Part shown: piece by piece, positions 17,097 to 27,637 of the stretch
Numbering within the stretch: the first letter of the stretch is position 1
How the letters are laid out: each line of letters begins with the position of its first letter
From: a virus
Length of the DNA stretch: 64,000 bases
Virus record (IMG/VR): IMGVR_UViG_3300025467_000009
Coordinates: 1 to 64,000 of that record
Direction: 5' to 3' (one strand)
Program-made: the position numbers and the translations under genes
The notes under the pieces: model-generated
What the model was told of the DNA's origin: nothing
Seen by the model: the letters and a program-made list of their open reading frames with translations, nothing else
The model's database searches: none

Positions 17097-17212
17097 CTAT
17101 TAATTCTTAAAAAATCTGGAAAAGAAACATTTAAAACAATCTGTTTCTTAAACTTAGTATGTGTATAGTTCAGCGTCCTCATACCGAGGACAGTACAGGA
17201 GCCAGACCCAAT

Positions 17213-19639
17213 ATGACATCCGTCTTTGATTTTGATGATTCAATTAATACTGTCTACAATGCTAAGACAGCCGGAAAGAATCTAGTAACCGCTAAGCATG
17301 AGGTTCTAACAAAGGCGGGAGATTTTCTTTTTCTTGCCCACTCTGATAAAGAATTTGCACTTCGTTGCCAAATGATGGAAGCAGATATTGAGAGTGCAGC
17401 TCGCCGTAAGATGGCAACTGTAAGTGATAGCAAGTTTAAACTAGTAAGAGCACTTCACGAAGAGTGGAAGATTCGCCACGCCAATTGCTCTCAGTGCAAT
17501 GTAGCTGGTAATTTAAAAGTATCTAGTATTGAAGAATTAGCAACAGAACTTCCAGAGCATCGTTTTTCTGAGGACCGCCCTGGTGTAGAAAGTTATTCAT
17601 CTCGTACCTATAGATTGCATGAACCTATTGGTAAAGTAACCCATATTGGTACGCTAACATATACTGCAGGAGATGGGAGAACTGCAGTTCGTGGTCACGC
17701 TAAGACGGGACCAAATGAAAACTTTTATCCACTTAATGATGCAGTGGTTAATGAAGTAGAGTTAAGCCACCACCATTTTAATAGTGATGAAGCCCATGAA
17801 GATGCTCTTCGTACAGCTATTAATGCTACCAAGAGATATTCTGTATGTTCTTCTCCTGGTTGCAATAATGATGTACAAGAAAGCCACAGTGACCGATGTG
17901 CTGAACATGGGCGTACTGCCTCTAAAACTGATAATTTAAAAGAATCTAGTCTTAAGACTGCTAACTTTAGTGGTAAGTGTGGCTGGTTTGGGGATCTTGG
18001 TGAAGGTGAAGAATGTTTAAAACCGACTGACTCAAGTAACTATGTAACTTTCCCAGACACTGCAAATAACCCTGATTATGAAAATAACCACATTTGCCCA
18101 GGTTGCAAGTCTGAGTTAGGTATTCTTAACTGCCCAAATTGTGGTAGTGGTAGAGCAGAAATGCACTCTAGTCGTGGAGGACCAGCACCTATTAGGTGTG
18201 AAGATTGCAAAACTATATTTGGACACAGTCCCCTTGGTGGTGAGTTCATCCCAAGAAAGTCTTCTAAAACTGTAGAAGCACACGCTGGTAAAAAAGACAC
18301 CAAGTGTGATGAGTGTGGTGCAACACTTCACGAGGGTGAAAGAGCAGATGATGTTCGTGGTCACCTTGACATTTGTTCTAAGCACTTGAAGAGAAAGGGT
18401 TCAATTCAAGAAAAGATTGCAGGACTAAAAGTTAGACTTGGTTTTGCTATGCACAATGATGCAGTACCAGGTGCTACTTCTACTACAAGAGTTTCAAGTG
18501 GACTTGGGGCTGATACTGCTAAAGCACTTGCAGCTAAATATGCAGATAGAAGAGCAGACCGCCCAGAAATGCAAGATGAAGCAAAAGCAGGCCGTTGGGC
18601 AATGATTACAAAGCATGACTCTTCTGGTAATGTAATTGATGCTACTTTGGGTCGTATTGGTGGTTCACAACTTGGTGGAGATGCAGAAACATCACCATTG
18701 ATTTGCACTGGTCACACCCACCACGGTAGTCCAGGTTGCACTCACTCACCAGATGATGCTTTTGGTGGCCGTCACATTGGTATTCAAGAAACAGCAGCAA
18801 TGAGTGTTGATGGAAGTCTTTATCCAAAACTTAGTGGAAGAAAAGAAGGTTCTACTTTTGCTGCAAGTCACAGAGTTCACATTCTACCTCAAGAAGATCA
18901 CGACAAGATTGAAACTGTAATGAATCAAATTGCAGAAAAAGGTGTGCCAGAACTAGGTATTCCTGCTTTTAAGAGAGAAGAAGAAGGTCGTGGAAAGCCT
19001 ATCGAAACTTTTGAAAGAGGACGTGAATCTGCACAATCTGGTTCAGGTATGAATACTGAAATGGGAGCTAGTCACGGTGTTGGTAAGGTTAGTAACTTTA
19101 CAATTTGGCCTTCAACTCCAGACTTTGGTCACTTTGAAAATGAAGTAGCAAGAAACCGTGGTAAGGGTGAAAACGTTAAGGAAATCCTAGAAAACGGACC
19201 TCGTGACTTAACAGGTTCAGAAAAGACAAACCCTAACTACGCTAAAGTAGTTCCAGGCCAAGAAGGAAAAGCCGGTAGTGGTCGTGTACTTCCTGTTGCT
19301 ACAATGGCACCTATGTACAATGCTACTGATGCACAAAAAGGTATGACAGGTGGATTAGCTGATGGAACTTCTGCAGGAAATGGTGTAACCGCAAGACTAC
19401 GCCCTGTTGCATGGGGTAATGAAAGTGATGCACCTACCTTTAGTTTCCTTAAGGGTGTAGGCAAGATAAAGGCAACTGGTGAAGCACTTCGCCAAAAGCT
19501 AGCAGGCTTTGAAGCAGACAGACAATCAAGAGTCGGTGCTGAAAAAATTGAAAGAGCCAAGTCATCACCTTCACCTAAGGCACCTACAAAAAATCAAGTT
19601 GGTGCAGACATTGTTAATAGGCTATTGGGTAAAGAATAG
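17213..19639 (+). CDS. Large multi-module Cys/His-rich protein, possible head polyprotein
   Basis: AGGAG upstream of ATG 17213; several CxxC modules separated by KVSS/RTAS/KTA/RKSS/KIA. Confidence 0.75.
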   Translation: MTSVFDFDDSINTVYNAKTAGKNLVTAKHEVLTKAGDFLFLAHSDKEFALRCQMMEADIESAARRKMATVSDSKFKLVRALHEEWKIRHANCSQCNVAGNLKVSSIEELATELPEHRFSEDRPGVESYSSRTYRLHEPIGKVTHIGTLTYTAGDGRTAVRGHAKTGPNENFYPLNDAVVNEVELSHHHFNSDEAHEDALRTAINATKRYSVCSSPGCNNDVQESHSDRCAEHGRTASKTDNLKESSLKTANFSGKCGWFGDLGEGEECLKPTDSSNYVTFPDTANNPDYENNHICPGCKSELGILNCPNCGSGRAEMHSSRGGPAPIRCEDCKTIFGHSPLGGEFIPRKSSKTVEAHAGKKDTKCDECGATLHEGERADDVRGHLDICSKHLKRKGSIQEKIAGLKVRLGFAMHNDAVPGATSTTRVSSGLGADTAKALAAKYADRRADRPEMQDEAKAGRWAMITKHDSSGNVIDATLGRIGGSQLGGDAETSPLICTGHTHHGSPGCTHSPDDAFGGRHIGIQETAAMSVDGSLYPKLSGRKEGSTFAASHRVHILPQEDHDKIETVMNQIAEKGVPELGIPAFKREEEGRGKPIETFERGRESAQSGSGMNTEMGASHGVGKVSNFTIWPSTPDFGHFENEVARNRGKGENVKEILENGPRDLTGSEKTNPNYAKVVPGQEGKAGSGRVLPVATMAPMYNATDAQKGMTGGLADGTSAGNGVTARLRPVAWGNESDAPTFSFLKGVGKIKATGEALRQKLAGFEADRQSRVGAEKIERAKSSPSPKAPTKNQVGADIVNRLLGKE

Positions 19640-19647
19640 TTTAACGA

Positions 19648-20094
19648 ATGAGAACTATAACCTCTATTAGAAGTCTTAGAGGTAACGATAGACTCATTTC
19701 TGGTCAGGTTAAAATAGGCGATACTTGTTCCGCACAAGGATTGTTTTCTGATGAGAATGGGAATAAAGTACCTTGTAGTCATGAGTTGGTAGCTGCCGAC
19801 CCTAGACACCTTACAGGTTCTTTTACTACCCTTTGCACAGCACACCTACCATATGTTGAAAATGACCTTGATGACCTATGGTCAGATGCACATGCTTTTG
19901 GTTCACCTGCAGGAAATGTAAGAACAGAAGCACCTGGTGGCCTTGAAGAAAACTATAGAAAAAACAATAATATAGAAAAAGAAATGATGGGTCCAAAAAA
20001 GAAAGAAAGAAATATTTCTACTGGGCCAAAACAAGATTCTGCTGCTTCTGAATTTATCAAGGGAATAATTAATAAAACTAAGGCTGGGGAATAG
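19648..20094 (+). CDS. Hypothetical protein
   Basis: 148 aa ORF with C..C..CxxH. Confidence 0.7.
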   Translation: MRTITSIRSLRGNDRLISGQVKIGDTCSAQGLFSDENGNKVPCSHELVAADPRHLTGSFTTLCTAHLPYVENDLDDLWSDAHAFGSPAGNVRTEAPGGLEENYRKNNNIEKEMMGPKKKERNISTGPKQDSAASEFIKGIINKTKAGE

Positions 20095-22145
20095 TGCCTA
20101 GACAAAGAAAACCCAACATTAACCCTGCTCTTGTTGATAAAGCAATAAAAGGCCCAAGTAGTGAACTTTTAACATCATTAATTCAAAAGGCTAAAGAAAC
20201 AAAAAGTAGGGGAACTGGAAGAAGGTCAAAAGATCCGGTACAGAGAATTATTTCTCAAGGTGATGTGACCAAAAGACCAATGCTTCCTGAAGAGTTAGAC
20301 AGTTTAACCGGCGGTTCTTCAAGTTCAGGAAAAGGCCCTTCAGTAACTGAAGAACGTAATAGAATTTATGGTTTAACTCAAAGGTTACCGGTCCCAACTT
20401 GGTTGTTTGATACTGACCGTTCTAGGATGATTAGAGACAAGGGTGAGTTCAAAGGTAAACCAGAAGAACTTAAACTTCGTAAACAAGAAGAACGAATTAA
20501 TAATCAAGAAGCAACAAGTCTTTTTTATCAAACAAATGAAATTAAAACTTCTCACCACCCAGAAAGTTGTGTATGTGGTAAGAATGGTATTTGTGCTACT
20601 AAACAAAGTGCAAATGGTGACACCACAAGATTGCCTGTAGGGATTAGTAAAGAAGAAGAAGAAAACTGGATTACTAGTGAGGCAGAAGACAGAGGCATTT
20701 CTAGAGACCAAATGCATGAATGGTATCAGGAACAAAAGAATCCTAAGCCAATTAGAATTGCTCCTACTGAAATGCCTGAAGAGCACCACCCATTGTTTTC
20801 ACAATTTGACCATGACCCAAGAGAACAGTGTCATGAACATGGTAGAAACCCAATTGGTCACGTTGTTACAATTGTTAATCATGATGGTTCAATCCCAGGC
20901 CTTCCTAGGGGTGCCCACAACGTAGGTTTGGTAGTTGGTACAGCACCTAGAAATGCAGAAATTGGTGTTAAGAGTCTTTCTCCTGAATTAATTGCAAAAC
21001 ACCATGAAATATGTGGTGAAGGTACAACTCACAAAGAAGGATGCCCTGTTAAGTTCCACGATGATAATTGTCGTGGTGGTGAACATGCAGCAGGTTGCAC
21101 AATCCCAGAAAATACAGTTACTAGTGGCTTTCATGAGGGTGAACCACTATACAAAGTTATCCCTTGGGTTTCAACAAGTCAAGAAACAATTCAAAAAAGA
21201 CACAGAAGTCAAATTAACTTTAATTCATTAAATGCACCTAACCCTGAGTGGACAACTTCAGGACTTAGAGGTCTTCAAGGTGGCATTACTGTACCAGCTT
21301 CAAGATGTATTCACGTACCAGATTCAGCAAGCACAGGATTTTATGCAAGTTCTGAAGTTCAAGGTAAAGGAAAAGCAAAATCTATTTTTTCTGGACTTGG
21401 TAGTCTTGTAGGTAGTAGACCTGCATTACTTTCAAGACAAACATATTTTAAAAACCCACTAGGACTTAGACAACACACAAAGAATAGAACACTACCTGCT
21501 TATGCATCTATTGTAGACCAATTAGAAAATCCATCAACAATTGGTGAAGGTGGTCTTAAGTCTGCACCTGAAGGGTTTGTTCGTGGCTTTACTCCTGAAA
21601 AGCCAGAATCTCAAGAGGAGAGTATTTTGAAAAAACTTATTAATAAAGAAGAACCAAAAACAAGTAATAAACTTGCATATACTCATGTTAATGAATCATA
21701 TGAACCTACACCTTCTTGCAGATTCTGTGAAGATGCTAGTAATGTTAATGGCAGAGGTCCAATAGTGCAAACAAGTGTTGCACCTGATGGAAGGCCATTA
21801 TATGCTCATGAAGATTGTGACAACCCATTCTCATTTGCTGATAGATTCAAGTTTGAATTTGGTGGACCAAATGTTGTAGATGCAGATTTTATTAGTTTAG
21901 GAAGTTACAACTGGGGTATGGGAAGCCAACCTGGTGCAAAAAGAGTTAATAGAGAACTTGGTATTAAAACTCCAAGTAAACCTTCAAACCTTGTAAATCA
22001 AGGAGCTCCTGGCAATACTAAACAAATTGGTTCAATGGGGCTACCGGAACATAAGGCTGCAGAAGGAATGCTTGATGAAGATCCAGCAACAGAAACAGAG
22101 GTTAGTAATCTAAATGAAAATGGTACTGCTAAACCTCCTAGATGA
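20094..22145 (+). CDS. Large Cys/His-rich hypothetical protein
   Basis: 683 aa; HxxxC repeats (HHEIC, HKEGC, HDDNC, HAAGC). Confidence 0.75.
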   Translation: MPRQRKPNINPALVDKAIKGPSSELLTSLIQKAKETKSRGTGRRSKDPVQRIISQGDVTKRPMLPEELDSLTGGSSSSGKGPSVTEERNRIYGLTQRLPVPTWLFDTDRSRMIRDKGEFKGKPEELKLRKQEERINNQEATSLFYQTNEIKTSHHPESCVCGKNGICATKQSANGDTTRLPVGISKEEEENWITSEAEDRGISRDQMHEWYQEQKNPKPIRIAPTEMPEEHHPLFSQFDHDPREQCHEHGRNPIGHVVTIVNHDGSIPGLPRGAHNVGLVVGTAPRNAEIGVKSLSPELIAKHHEICGEGTTHKEGCPVKFHDDNCRGGEHAAGCTIPENTVTSGFHEGEPLYKVIPWVSTSQETIQKRHRSQINFNSLNAPNPEWTTSGLRGLQGGITVPASRCIHVPDSASTGFYASSEVQGKGKAKSIFSGLGSLVGSRPALLSRQTYFKNPLGLRQHTKNRTLPAYASIVDQLENPSTIGEGGLKSAPEGFVRGFTPEKPESQEESILKKLINKEEPKTSNKLAYTHVNESYEPTPSCRFCEDASNVNGRGPIVQTSVAPDGRPLYAHEDCDNPFSFADRFKFEFGGPNVVDADFISLGSYNWGMGSQPGAKRVNRELGIKTPSKPSNLVNQGAPGNTKQIGSMGLPEHKAAEGMLDEDPATETEVSNLNENGTAKPPR

Positions 22146-22149
22146 TAAA

Positions 22150-22177
22150 TGTAAAACCCCTTAGAAATCAAATAAGC
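22150..22177 (+). promoter_or_regulatory. Phage promoter motif TGTAAA-N18-AAGC
   Basis: Recurring motif, intergenic. Confidence 0.5.
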
Positions 22178-22211
22178 AAATAGATCTCTATTTTAAAGAA
22201 AGAGAAAGAAA

Positions 22212-22718
22212 ATGGAACCAAAGTTAAATATTAAAATTGCAGACCTTTTTGAAGGTCCTAGTCCAGTTGATGTAGACTTTATTGCACCAGGAGAACAACT
22301 ACCAGGTGACTTTATTGATGCAGACAGCAACGATGCTCAACGCAATATGCAAGTAGAGCAAGACTGGCGACGTGATTGGGCTTCAGAAATTGACCGTGAT
22401 AATGCTTCAGGTCAAGCTCACGGAAGAGACGACACTAACCCAGCACAACAGACTGCACCATATGGTCAGCCTACTATGGCTTCAAAGCAAGCAAAGGGTT
22501 TCAACACTCGCCAAGCTCACAAGAATGCTACATTCGGTGTACTTGCTAAGTTGAGCTCAGACACCCTTGTTGGTAGTCGTGTTTATGCTGAGACTTCAAA
22601 GTCAAAGATTGCAGGAACAGTTGTTGCACTAGGTGACGCTGAATTTGCTGTTATCTGGGATGACCGTACTGCAAGTGTAGAACGCAAGAACGATTACGAG
22701 TTGGTCGTTAAGAAGTAA
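22212..22718 (+). CDS. Hypothetical protein with SH3/KOW-like C-terminal barrel
   Basis: VGSRVYA...GTVVALG..EFAVIWDD. Confidence 0.7.
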   Translation: MEPKLNIKIADLFEGPSPVDVDFIAPGEQLPGDFIDADSNDAQRNMQVEQDWRRDWASEIDRDNASGQAHGRDDTNPAQQTAPYGQPTMASKQAKGFNTRQAHKNATFGVLAKLSSDTLVGSRVYAETSKSKIAGTVVALGDAEFAVIWDDRTASVERKNDYELVVKK

Positions 22719-22720
22719 AA

Positions 22721-23302
22721 ATGTTCAGAACACGTAAAGCTAAGATTGTGAGTCAAACTCCAATCCTTGAAGCTTCACTAGATTCTAAGAAACAAAATCT
22801 GGTGGGGATAAACAGTATAGTGGTGGAGGGTTCTTTAAGTTGGATGACTTATGGAACAATTACTGACTATTCTGGCAGGGAATATGATTTTGAATGGGAC
22901 AACTCCACAGGTAAGTTGGCAAGACTTACTGGTTCCCAAGTTACACCAACTCTGTGGAGTAATGCGGTTGAATTGTTAAAAGAAAAACTTGTTCACAAGG
23001 AAACTGAAGAACAACTAGAGATAGAAGACATTGAAATTAGTGTCGAAGAAGCAATACAAAAAGCATTAGAACCTGTATTGCAAAAACTAGAATCTCTAGA
23101 AACCAAGATTGAAAATATCAAGGTACAGGTTCCTGCCCCAGTCCCTACTCCTGCACCAAAAGTTGAAAGACCTAGGATTGTAGAGGAAGAGAAACAACCC
23201 CAAGATGAAGAACTCACTTTAGATGACTTCTCAGGTAATGCTTTAAAGTTTTTGCAGGAAACAGGTGGAAATGACATTGATGTAGACTACTTAAGTCTCT
23301 AG
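22721..23302 (+). CDS. Hypothetical protein with coiled coil
   Basis: 193 aa ORF. Confidence 0.7.
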   Translation: MFRTRKAKIVSQTPILEASLDSKKQNLVGINSIVVEGSLSWMTYGTITDYSGREYDFEWDNSTGKLARLTGSQVTPTLWSNAVELLKEKLVHKETEEQLEIEDIEISVEEAIQKALEPVLQKLESLETKIENIKVQVPAPVPTPAPKVERPRIVEEEKQPQDEELTLDDFSGNALKFLQETGGNDIDVDYLSL

Positions 23303-23310
23303 GAGCAAAT

Positions 23311-24117
23311 ATGCAGGCAGCAGAAGGTAAAGGCCCATTACAAAGTAAAAAAGTTTGGCCTACAGGTCAATTTAATACTATTTATGGTAATGGAGACAAT
23401 ACTTACAATACAGTTACTAGTATTGGACCAAATAATGCAGTAACAGGAACAGCAACTACAGTTAACTCTAGTAGTGTTGTTAGTGGTGCTACACCACCTT
23501 GGCCACAACAAAATGTAAATGGTAAGTGGCAAGGCGGAACAGTTGGTTCAGCAGTACCAGGACTCAACTTGAATGTCAATGGTAATGGTGTTACTGATGT
23601 AAGTTATGTTTGTGCCCCAGAACCAAATGTAAGTCTTCAAGATATGGAAACTCTTTATGTAGATCTTTGGATTACAGCTGGATTTAGTGGAACTTGCTTC
23701 TTCCAACTACAGGGTAGTAATGATAGATTCTATCAAAATACCAACTATAACTCGACCAACTGGAATACACTTGCAACTGGAACCATTACAACTACAAGTG
23801 GTAATCAAACCTTTACTCTAAACAATACTTTAAGTACAGTTGAAAATCCAAAACTAGCTTATCGCATTACTGCTAGTGGTGGTACAGGTATTGTCAACTG
23901 GGCCATTCCAGGTATGTATGTTGATTATAGTGCAATGGGTATTGGTAACAATGCTATTGATGCTAACGGTAACATTGGTCAAATGAGTATTCAAAATGTT
24001 AGAAACCTTTCTATTGTTAGTGGTACAGTAGTTAGTGGTTATCAATCAGTTACTGTTACTAGTGGTAGTACACCATATTCAAATCTTAACGCAAACCGTA
24101 CATTCCTCGGTAATTAA
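23311..24117 (+). CDS. Probable virion structural beta-protein
   Basis: AGGAG RBS; T/N/G/S-rich composition like the fibre genes. Confidence 0.6.
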   Translation: MQAAEGKGPLQSKKVWPTGQFNTIYGNGDNTYNTVTSIGPNNAVTGTATTVNSSSVVSGATPPWPQQNVNGKWQGGTVGSAVPGLNLNVNGNGVTDVSYVCAPEPNVSLQDMETLYVDLWITAGFSGTCFFQLQGSNDRFYQNTNYNSTNWNTLATGTITTTSGNQTFTLNNTLSTVENPKLAYRITASGGTGIVNWAIPGMYVDYSAMGIGNNAIDANGNIGQMSIQNVRNLSIVSGTVVSGYQSVTVTSGSTPYSNLNANRTFLGN

Positions 24118-24141
24118 TATTATATAATTGGAGAAGTAATA

Positions 24142-24330
24142 ATGGAACGTCAACAAAACATTCGTCAAGCAGCTGTTCGTAGAGTAGGTGCAAATCACAC
24201 TCTAAGCGGTTTGCCAATTGACCAAAACAAGTCAGGCGGAGACATTGTTATGCTTGGTGGAGGGCCCGCATTCTGCAGTAATTGTGGATTTGAAAAGGCT
24301 CCTGGAATTCCCTGCTGTGGAATAGAATAG
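24142..24330 (+). CDS. Small zinc-ribbon protein
   Basis: GGAG RBS; CSNC...PCC. Confidence 0.65.
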   Translation: MERQQNIRQAAVRRVGANHTLSGLPIDQNKSGGDIVMLGGGPAFCSNCGFEKAPGIPCCGIE

Positions 24331-24340
24331 GACTAGCCCA

Positions 24341-26692
24341 ATGGCTAATAAGGACTGGAGTGCCCAGACTGAACTCAATAATATGAGGAAAGCTGGTATA
24401 ACTCTTCCTAGAAACCCAATAACACGTAGGGTTGCTGCTAGAGATATGTTGAATAATGCTAAGAATGGTTCATTATTCAATGATGTTGCATCAATGCCTA
24501 CAGAAGGTCGTGAACGACTTAATAACCTTCGTATGGGTGGTATGGGTGGGATTGACCTTAGTGGTATGGCTAATACGCCTAACCGTAGAATGGGTGCTGC
24601 TACAGGTTCAGATGCACAATGGGCATGGCCTAAGTTACACGACCCATTTGAGTATTGGCGTGAACGTACCTGGTGGTTCAACATGGAGGACCCGGACGAA
24701 CAAACACGTAAAATTCGTGACTGGGCTCGTCTTATGTACACCACCCACTATCTAGTTCCTTCACTTATTGATATTTATACTCGTTATCCACTTTTGGATA
24801 TTGAACTAGTTCACCCAGACAAAAGAATCTCTGAGTTTTACAATGAACTATTCTTTGATGGACTAGATTACAATGAATTTCTATTTGACCTTGGTCGTGA
24901 ACACTGGACTGTAGGTGAAGCATTTGCAATGGGTTCATGGCATGATGGTATTGGTGCTTGGGAAGATGATGAAATTATTAACCCTAATGATGTTATCGTT
25001 GCAAAGAACAGAGCACTAAGAACTTATCAATATCACATTAAAGTTCCTGAAGAAATCAAGAAGTTGATTGAACGCAGAGATCCACCTCAAGAGTATGCAA
25101 TGCTTATGCAATTGTATCCAGACGTTGTTGCATGGGCTCGTGAGGATAAAGAAATTCCTGTTTCAGATGTAATCATGAAGCAGTTGAAATTTAAGACCAA
25201 CCCTTGGAGCGAACATGGTACTCCTATTCTTCTACGTGCTTTTCGTATGCTTATGCTGGAAGAAAGTCTCAATGCCGCTCAAGATGCTATTGCTGACAGA
25301 CTCTATTCTCCTCTTATTCTTGCTACTTTGGGCCTCCCGGACGTAGATCAAGACGGTCCATGGATCCCAGATGCAACTGAATTGCAAGCATTGAGAGATG
25401 ACCTTTCAATGGCCATCAACTCAGACTTCCGTTTGATGACATATCACCATGGATTAAAGATTGAAAATGCTTTTGGTCGTGAATCTATGCCAAGACTTGA
25501 CCAAGACTTCATGCGTGTTGAGTCAAAGGTTATGCAAGTATTCGGTATTGGTGCTGACCTATTGCAAGGTGGTAACGGTGGTACTTATGCATCTGGCGCA
25601 CTTAACCGTGAGTTGATTACTCAAATGCTTTCTACATATCAACACAAGATTGAAAAGTTTATCCGTTCACGTATGGAACCTGTGGCAGAACGTCAAGGTC
25701 ACTATGAGTTTCGTAATGTTGGAGGTCAAAGAGTTCCTGTTATGGAAACTGTACTAATGGTGGATGAAGAAACAGGTGCAGAGTTTGTGGAGGAACGTCC
25801 AAAACTTGCTATTCCTGAAGTAAGGTTCCGCTCAATGAACCTACGTGATGAAACAGTAGAACGTGGATTCCTACAACAACTTCAAGCATCTGGTTTCCCA
25901 ATTTCACTTGCTACTCTTGCAGTTAATATTCCAATTGACTTTGAAGATGAAGTTGAAGCACGTAAGAATGAGAAGTTGGCAACTGTGGTTGCAGAACAAC
26001 AATTTAAGAAAGATTTGTTTGAACGACTTACTATTCTTGGTTTGCCTATCCCACCAGAATACTTCCAGGAATACCAGTCCTATATGATGCTTCTTGAGGA
26101 CCCATCACTTGGTGCTCAACTCGCTCCTGGTGCAATGGCTGGTCTTGCAAGTATGCCTGCCGCACCAAATATGACTCAACCTGGCAATCCATATGACATT
26201 ACTCAGACACCTGAAGTTTATCCTTCAATGGCAACTAAAGGTTCTGACAAAACTGACCGTGGGACAGAACGTCAACGTCCAGAGATTTCTTACGAACAAA
26301 AGAAGAACGCACCTAAGTCAACTCGAAAAGGACCAAAGAACGGCCCTAAGAAAAAGACAGCCAGTGTAAGTGGTTGGGATGATGACTTTGATGATGAACC
26401 TTTTGAAACTGTTACCTATGGTGACCGTATGAAGTTTGCAGTTCCTTTTGAGCAAAAGAAGCGTAAGCGTATGAAACTTGCTAAGGGTATGCAAATCATT
26501 GTTGACGATAGTTATCAAAAATTTAACGAAGATGAATTTAAAGAACACTTGGCTTCAGTCATAGAAGGAACAGATGCTATGGTTCCAACTTCAGATACTG
26601 ATGCCCATGCAAGCAGTGATGGTGGAATGGACTACCCTAAGATTGATGGGGCAGGACTAGATAAGTTTTCAAATGAGGAGAACCCTGAATGA
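24341..26692 (+). CDS. Portal protein
   Basis: Position before protease/MCP; HGTPILLRAFR..LEE.L..AQ.AIADRL motif resembling Bxz1-like portals; long C-terminal extension. Confidence 0.8.
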   Translation: MANKDWSAQTELNNMRKAGITLPRNPITRRVAARDMLNNAKNGSLFNDVASMPTEGRERLNNLRMGGMGGIDLSGMANTPNRRMGAATGSDAQWAWPKLHDPFEYWRERTWWFNMEDPDEQTRKIRDWARLMYTTHYLVPSLIDIYTRYPLLDIELVHPDKRISEFYNELFFDGLDYNEFLFDLGREHWTVGEAFAMGSWHDGIGAWEDDEIINPNDVIVAKNRALRTYQYHIKVPEEIKKLIERRDPPQEYAMLMQLYPDVVAWAREDKEIPVSDVIMKQLKFKTNPWSEHGTPILLRAFRMLMLEESLNAAQDAIADRLYSPLILATLGLPDVDQDGPWIPDATELQALRDDLSMAINSDFRLMTYHHGLKIENAFGRESMPRLDQDFMRVESKVMQVFGIGADLLQGGNGGTYASGALNRELITQMLSTYQHKIEKFIRSRMEPVAERQGHYEFRNVGGQRVPVMETVLMVDEETGAEFVEERPKLAIPEVRFRSMNLRDETVERGFLQQLQASGFPISLATLAVNIPIDFEDEVEARKNEKLATVVAEQQFKKDLFERLTILGLPIPPEYFQEYQSYMMLLEDPSLGAQLAPGAMAGLASMPAAPNMTQPGNPYDITQTPEVYPSMATKGSDKTDRGTERQRPEISYEQKKNAPKSTRKGPKNGPKKKTASVSGWDDDFDDEPFETVTYGDRMKFAVPFEQKKRKRMKLAKGMQIIVDDSYQKFNEDEFKEHLASVIEGTDAMVPTSDTDAHASSDGGMDYPKIDGAGLDKFSNEENPE

Positions 26693-26868
26693 GCCGTTTC
26701 CTAGACAAACAACCAACCATACTTCCTAAGACTGCAAAACCTACTTTGGCATTTCTTAGTATAGTTAGTAATCTTGAAAAGATTTCAATCATTGAAGAAG
26801 GTGAGGGTACCCTTGCCCGCAACTTTGATGACCTAGATCTTAGTAATAGTATTTATACTAAAGAGTAA
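26689..26868 (+). CDS. Small hypothetical protein (59 aa)
   Basis: GAGGAG RBS; ATGA overlap; MSRFLDKQPT...YTKE. Confidence 0.6.
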   Translation: MSRFLDKQPTILPKTAKPTLAFLSIVSNLEKISIIEEGEGTLARNFDDLDLSNSIYTKE

Positions 26869-26870
26869 AG

Positions 26871-27212
26871 ATGTTTTTTGCTTCCAATTTTTTTAACTCT
26901 TCAAATGTTTGGTTTGGCTATATTGCTAATGCATTTTTCACCGTTGGTGCTTTAGCAGCACTAGCTAAAGTAGTTCAAAAATACTTCACTCATCACAATT
27001 CAAAAGAATTAAGTCGAATTGAAAAAGAACTTGCTGCTACTAAAGCAGACATGGATGACAAGTTTGAACAACTACTTTCTCAACACCGAAACAATGGTGG
27101 TTCTAGCTCTAAAGACCAGTGGGACCGTGTAGAACACAAGGTAGACAGTATTGGTCGTGATTTAAACCGTCATCTAGGTTATCATGAAGGTTTACTTGAT
27201 GCGGACGATTAA
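26871..27212 (+). CDS. Membrane protein with coiled coil (holin-like)
   Basis: One N-terminal TM segment; NNGGSSSKD..DR motif seen in actinophage membrane proteins. Confidence 0.6.
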   Translation: MFFASNFFNSSNVWFGYIANAFFTVGALAALAKVVQKYFTHHNSKELSRIEKELAATKADMDDKFEQLLSQHRNNGGSSSKDQWDRVEHKVDSIGRDLNRHLGYHEGLLDADD

Positions 27213-27588
27213 AAAAGTAAGTCACTGGGATTATCACCCACATGTTAGGTCTGGAAATGATAGAACATTAGGGGAAAAAGCTGCAGACGCTATGCGTCAT
27301 GGCATGGGTTCGTGGCCTTTTGTCTTTGCATTTGTAGTTTTAATGATTACATGGATGCTTTACAACGGATACTCACATCACCCTTTCGATGTTTACCCGT
27401 TTATCCTTCTTAACCTTATGCTCTCAACCCTCGCTGGTTTACAGGGAGCAATCCTTCTCATCGCCGCCAAAAGAGCAGACCGAATTGCTGCTGAACTTGC
27501 AGCCTATCACTTAAGTGTAAGTGAAGAACACAAAATAATGTTAAGTGAATTAAAAGAGTTGCTTTCTAGAAGAAATGAACATCAATAA
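27199..27588 (+). CDS. DUF1003-like membrane protein
   Basis: GSWPFV...W...FDVYPFILLNLMLSTLAGLQG.ILL. Confidence 0.8.
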   Translation: MRTIKKVSHWDYHPHVRSGNDRTLGEKAADAMRHGMGSWPFVFAFVVLMITWMLYNGYSHHPFDVYPFILLNLMLSTLAGLQGAILLIAAKRADRIAAELAAYHLSVSEEHKIMLSELKELLSRRNEHQ

Positions 27589-27607
27589 AATCCCTAGTTT
27601 GGGACAA

Positions 27608-27635
27608 TGTAAAGGGGTTGTTTAATTATGCAAGG
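27608..27635 (+). promoter_or_regulatory. Phage promoter motif TGTAAA-N18-AAGG
   Basis: Upstream of the protease/capsid operon. Confidence 0.55.
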
Positions 27636-27637
27636 TA

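Noticed and set aside
16901-17182. Track ORFs 16901..17110, 16971..17168 and 16967..17182(-)
   Set aside because: They overlap tRNA genes and are translation artefacts.
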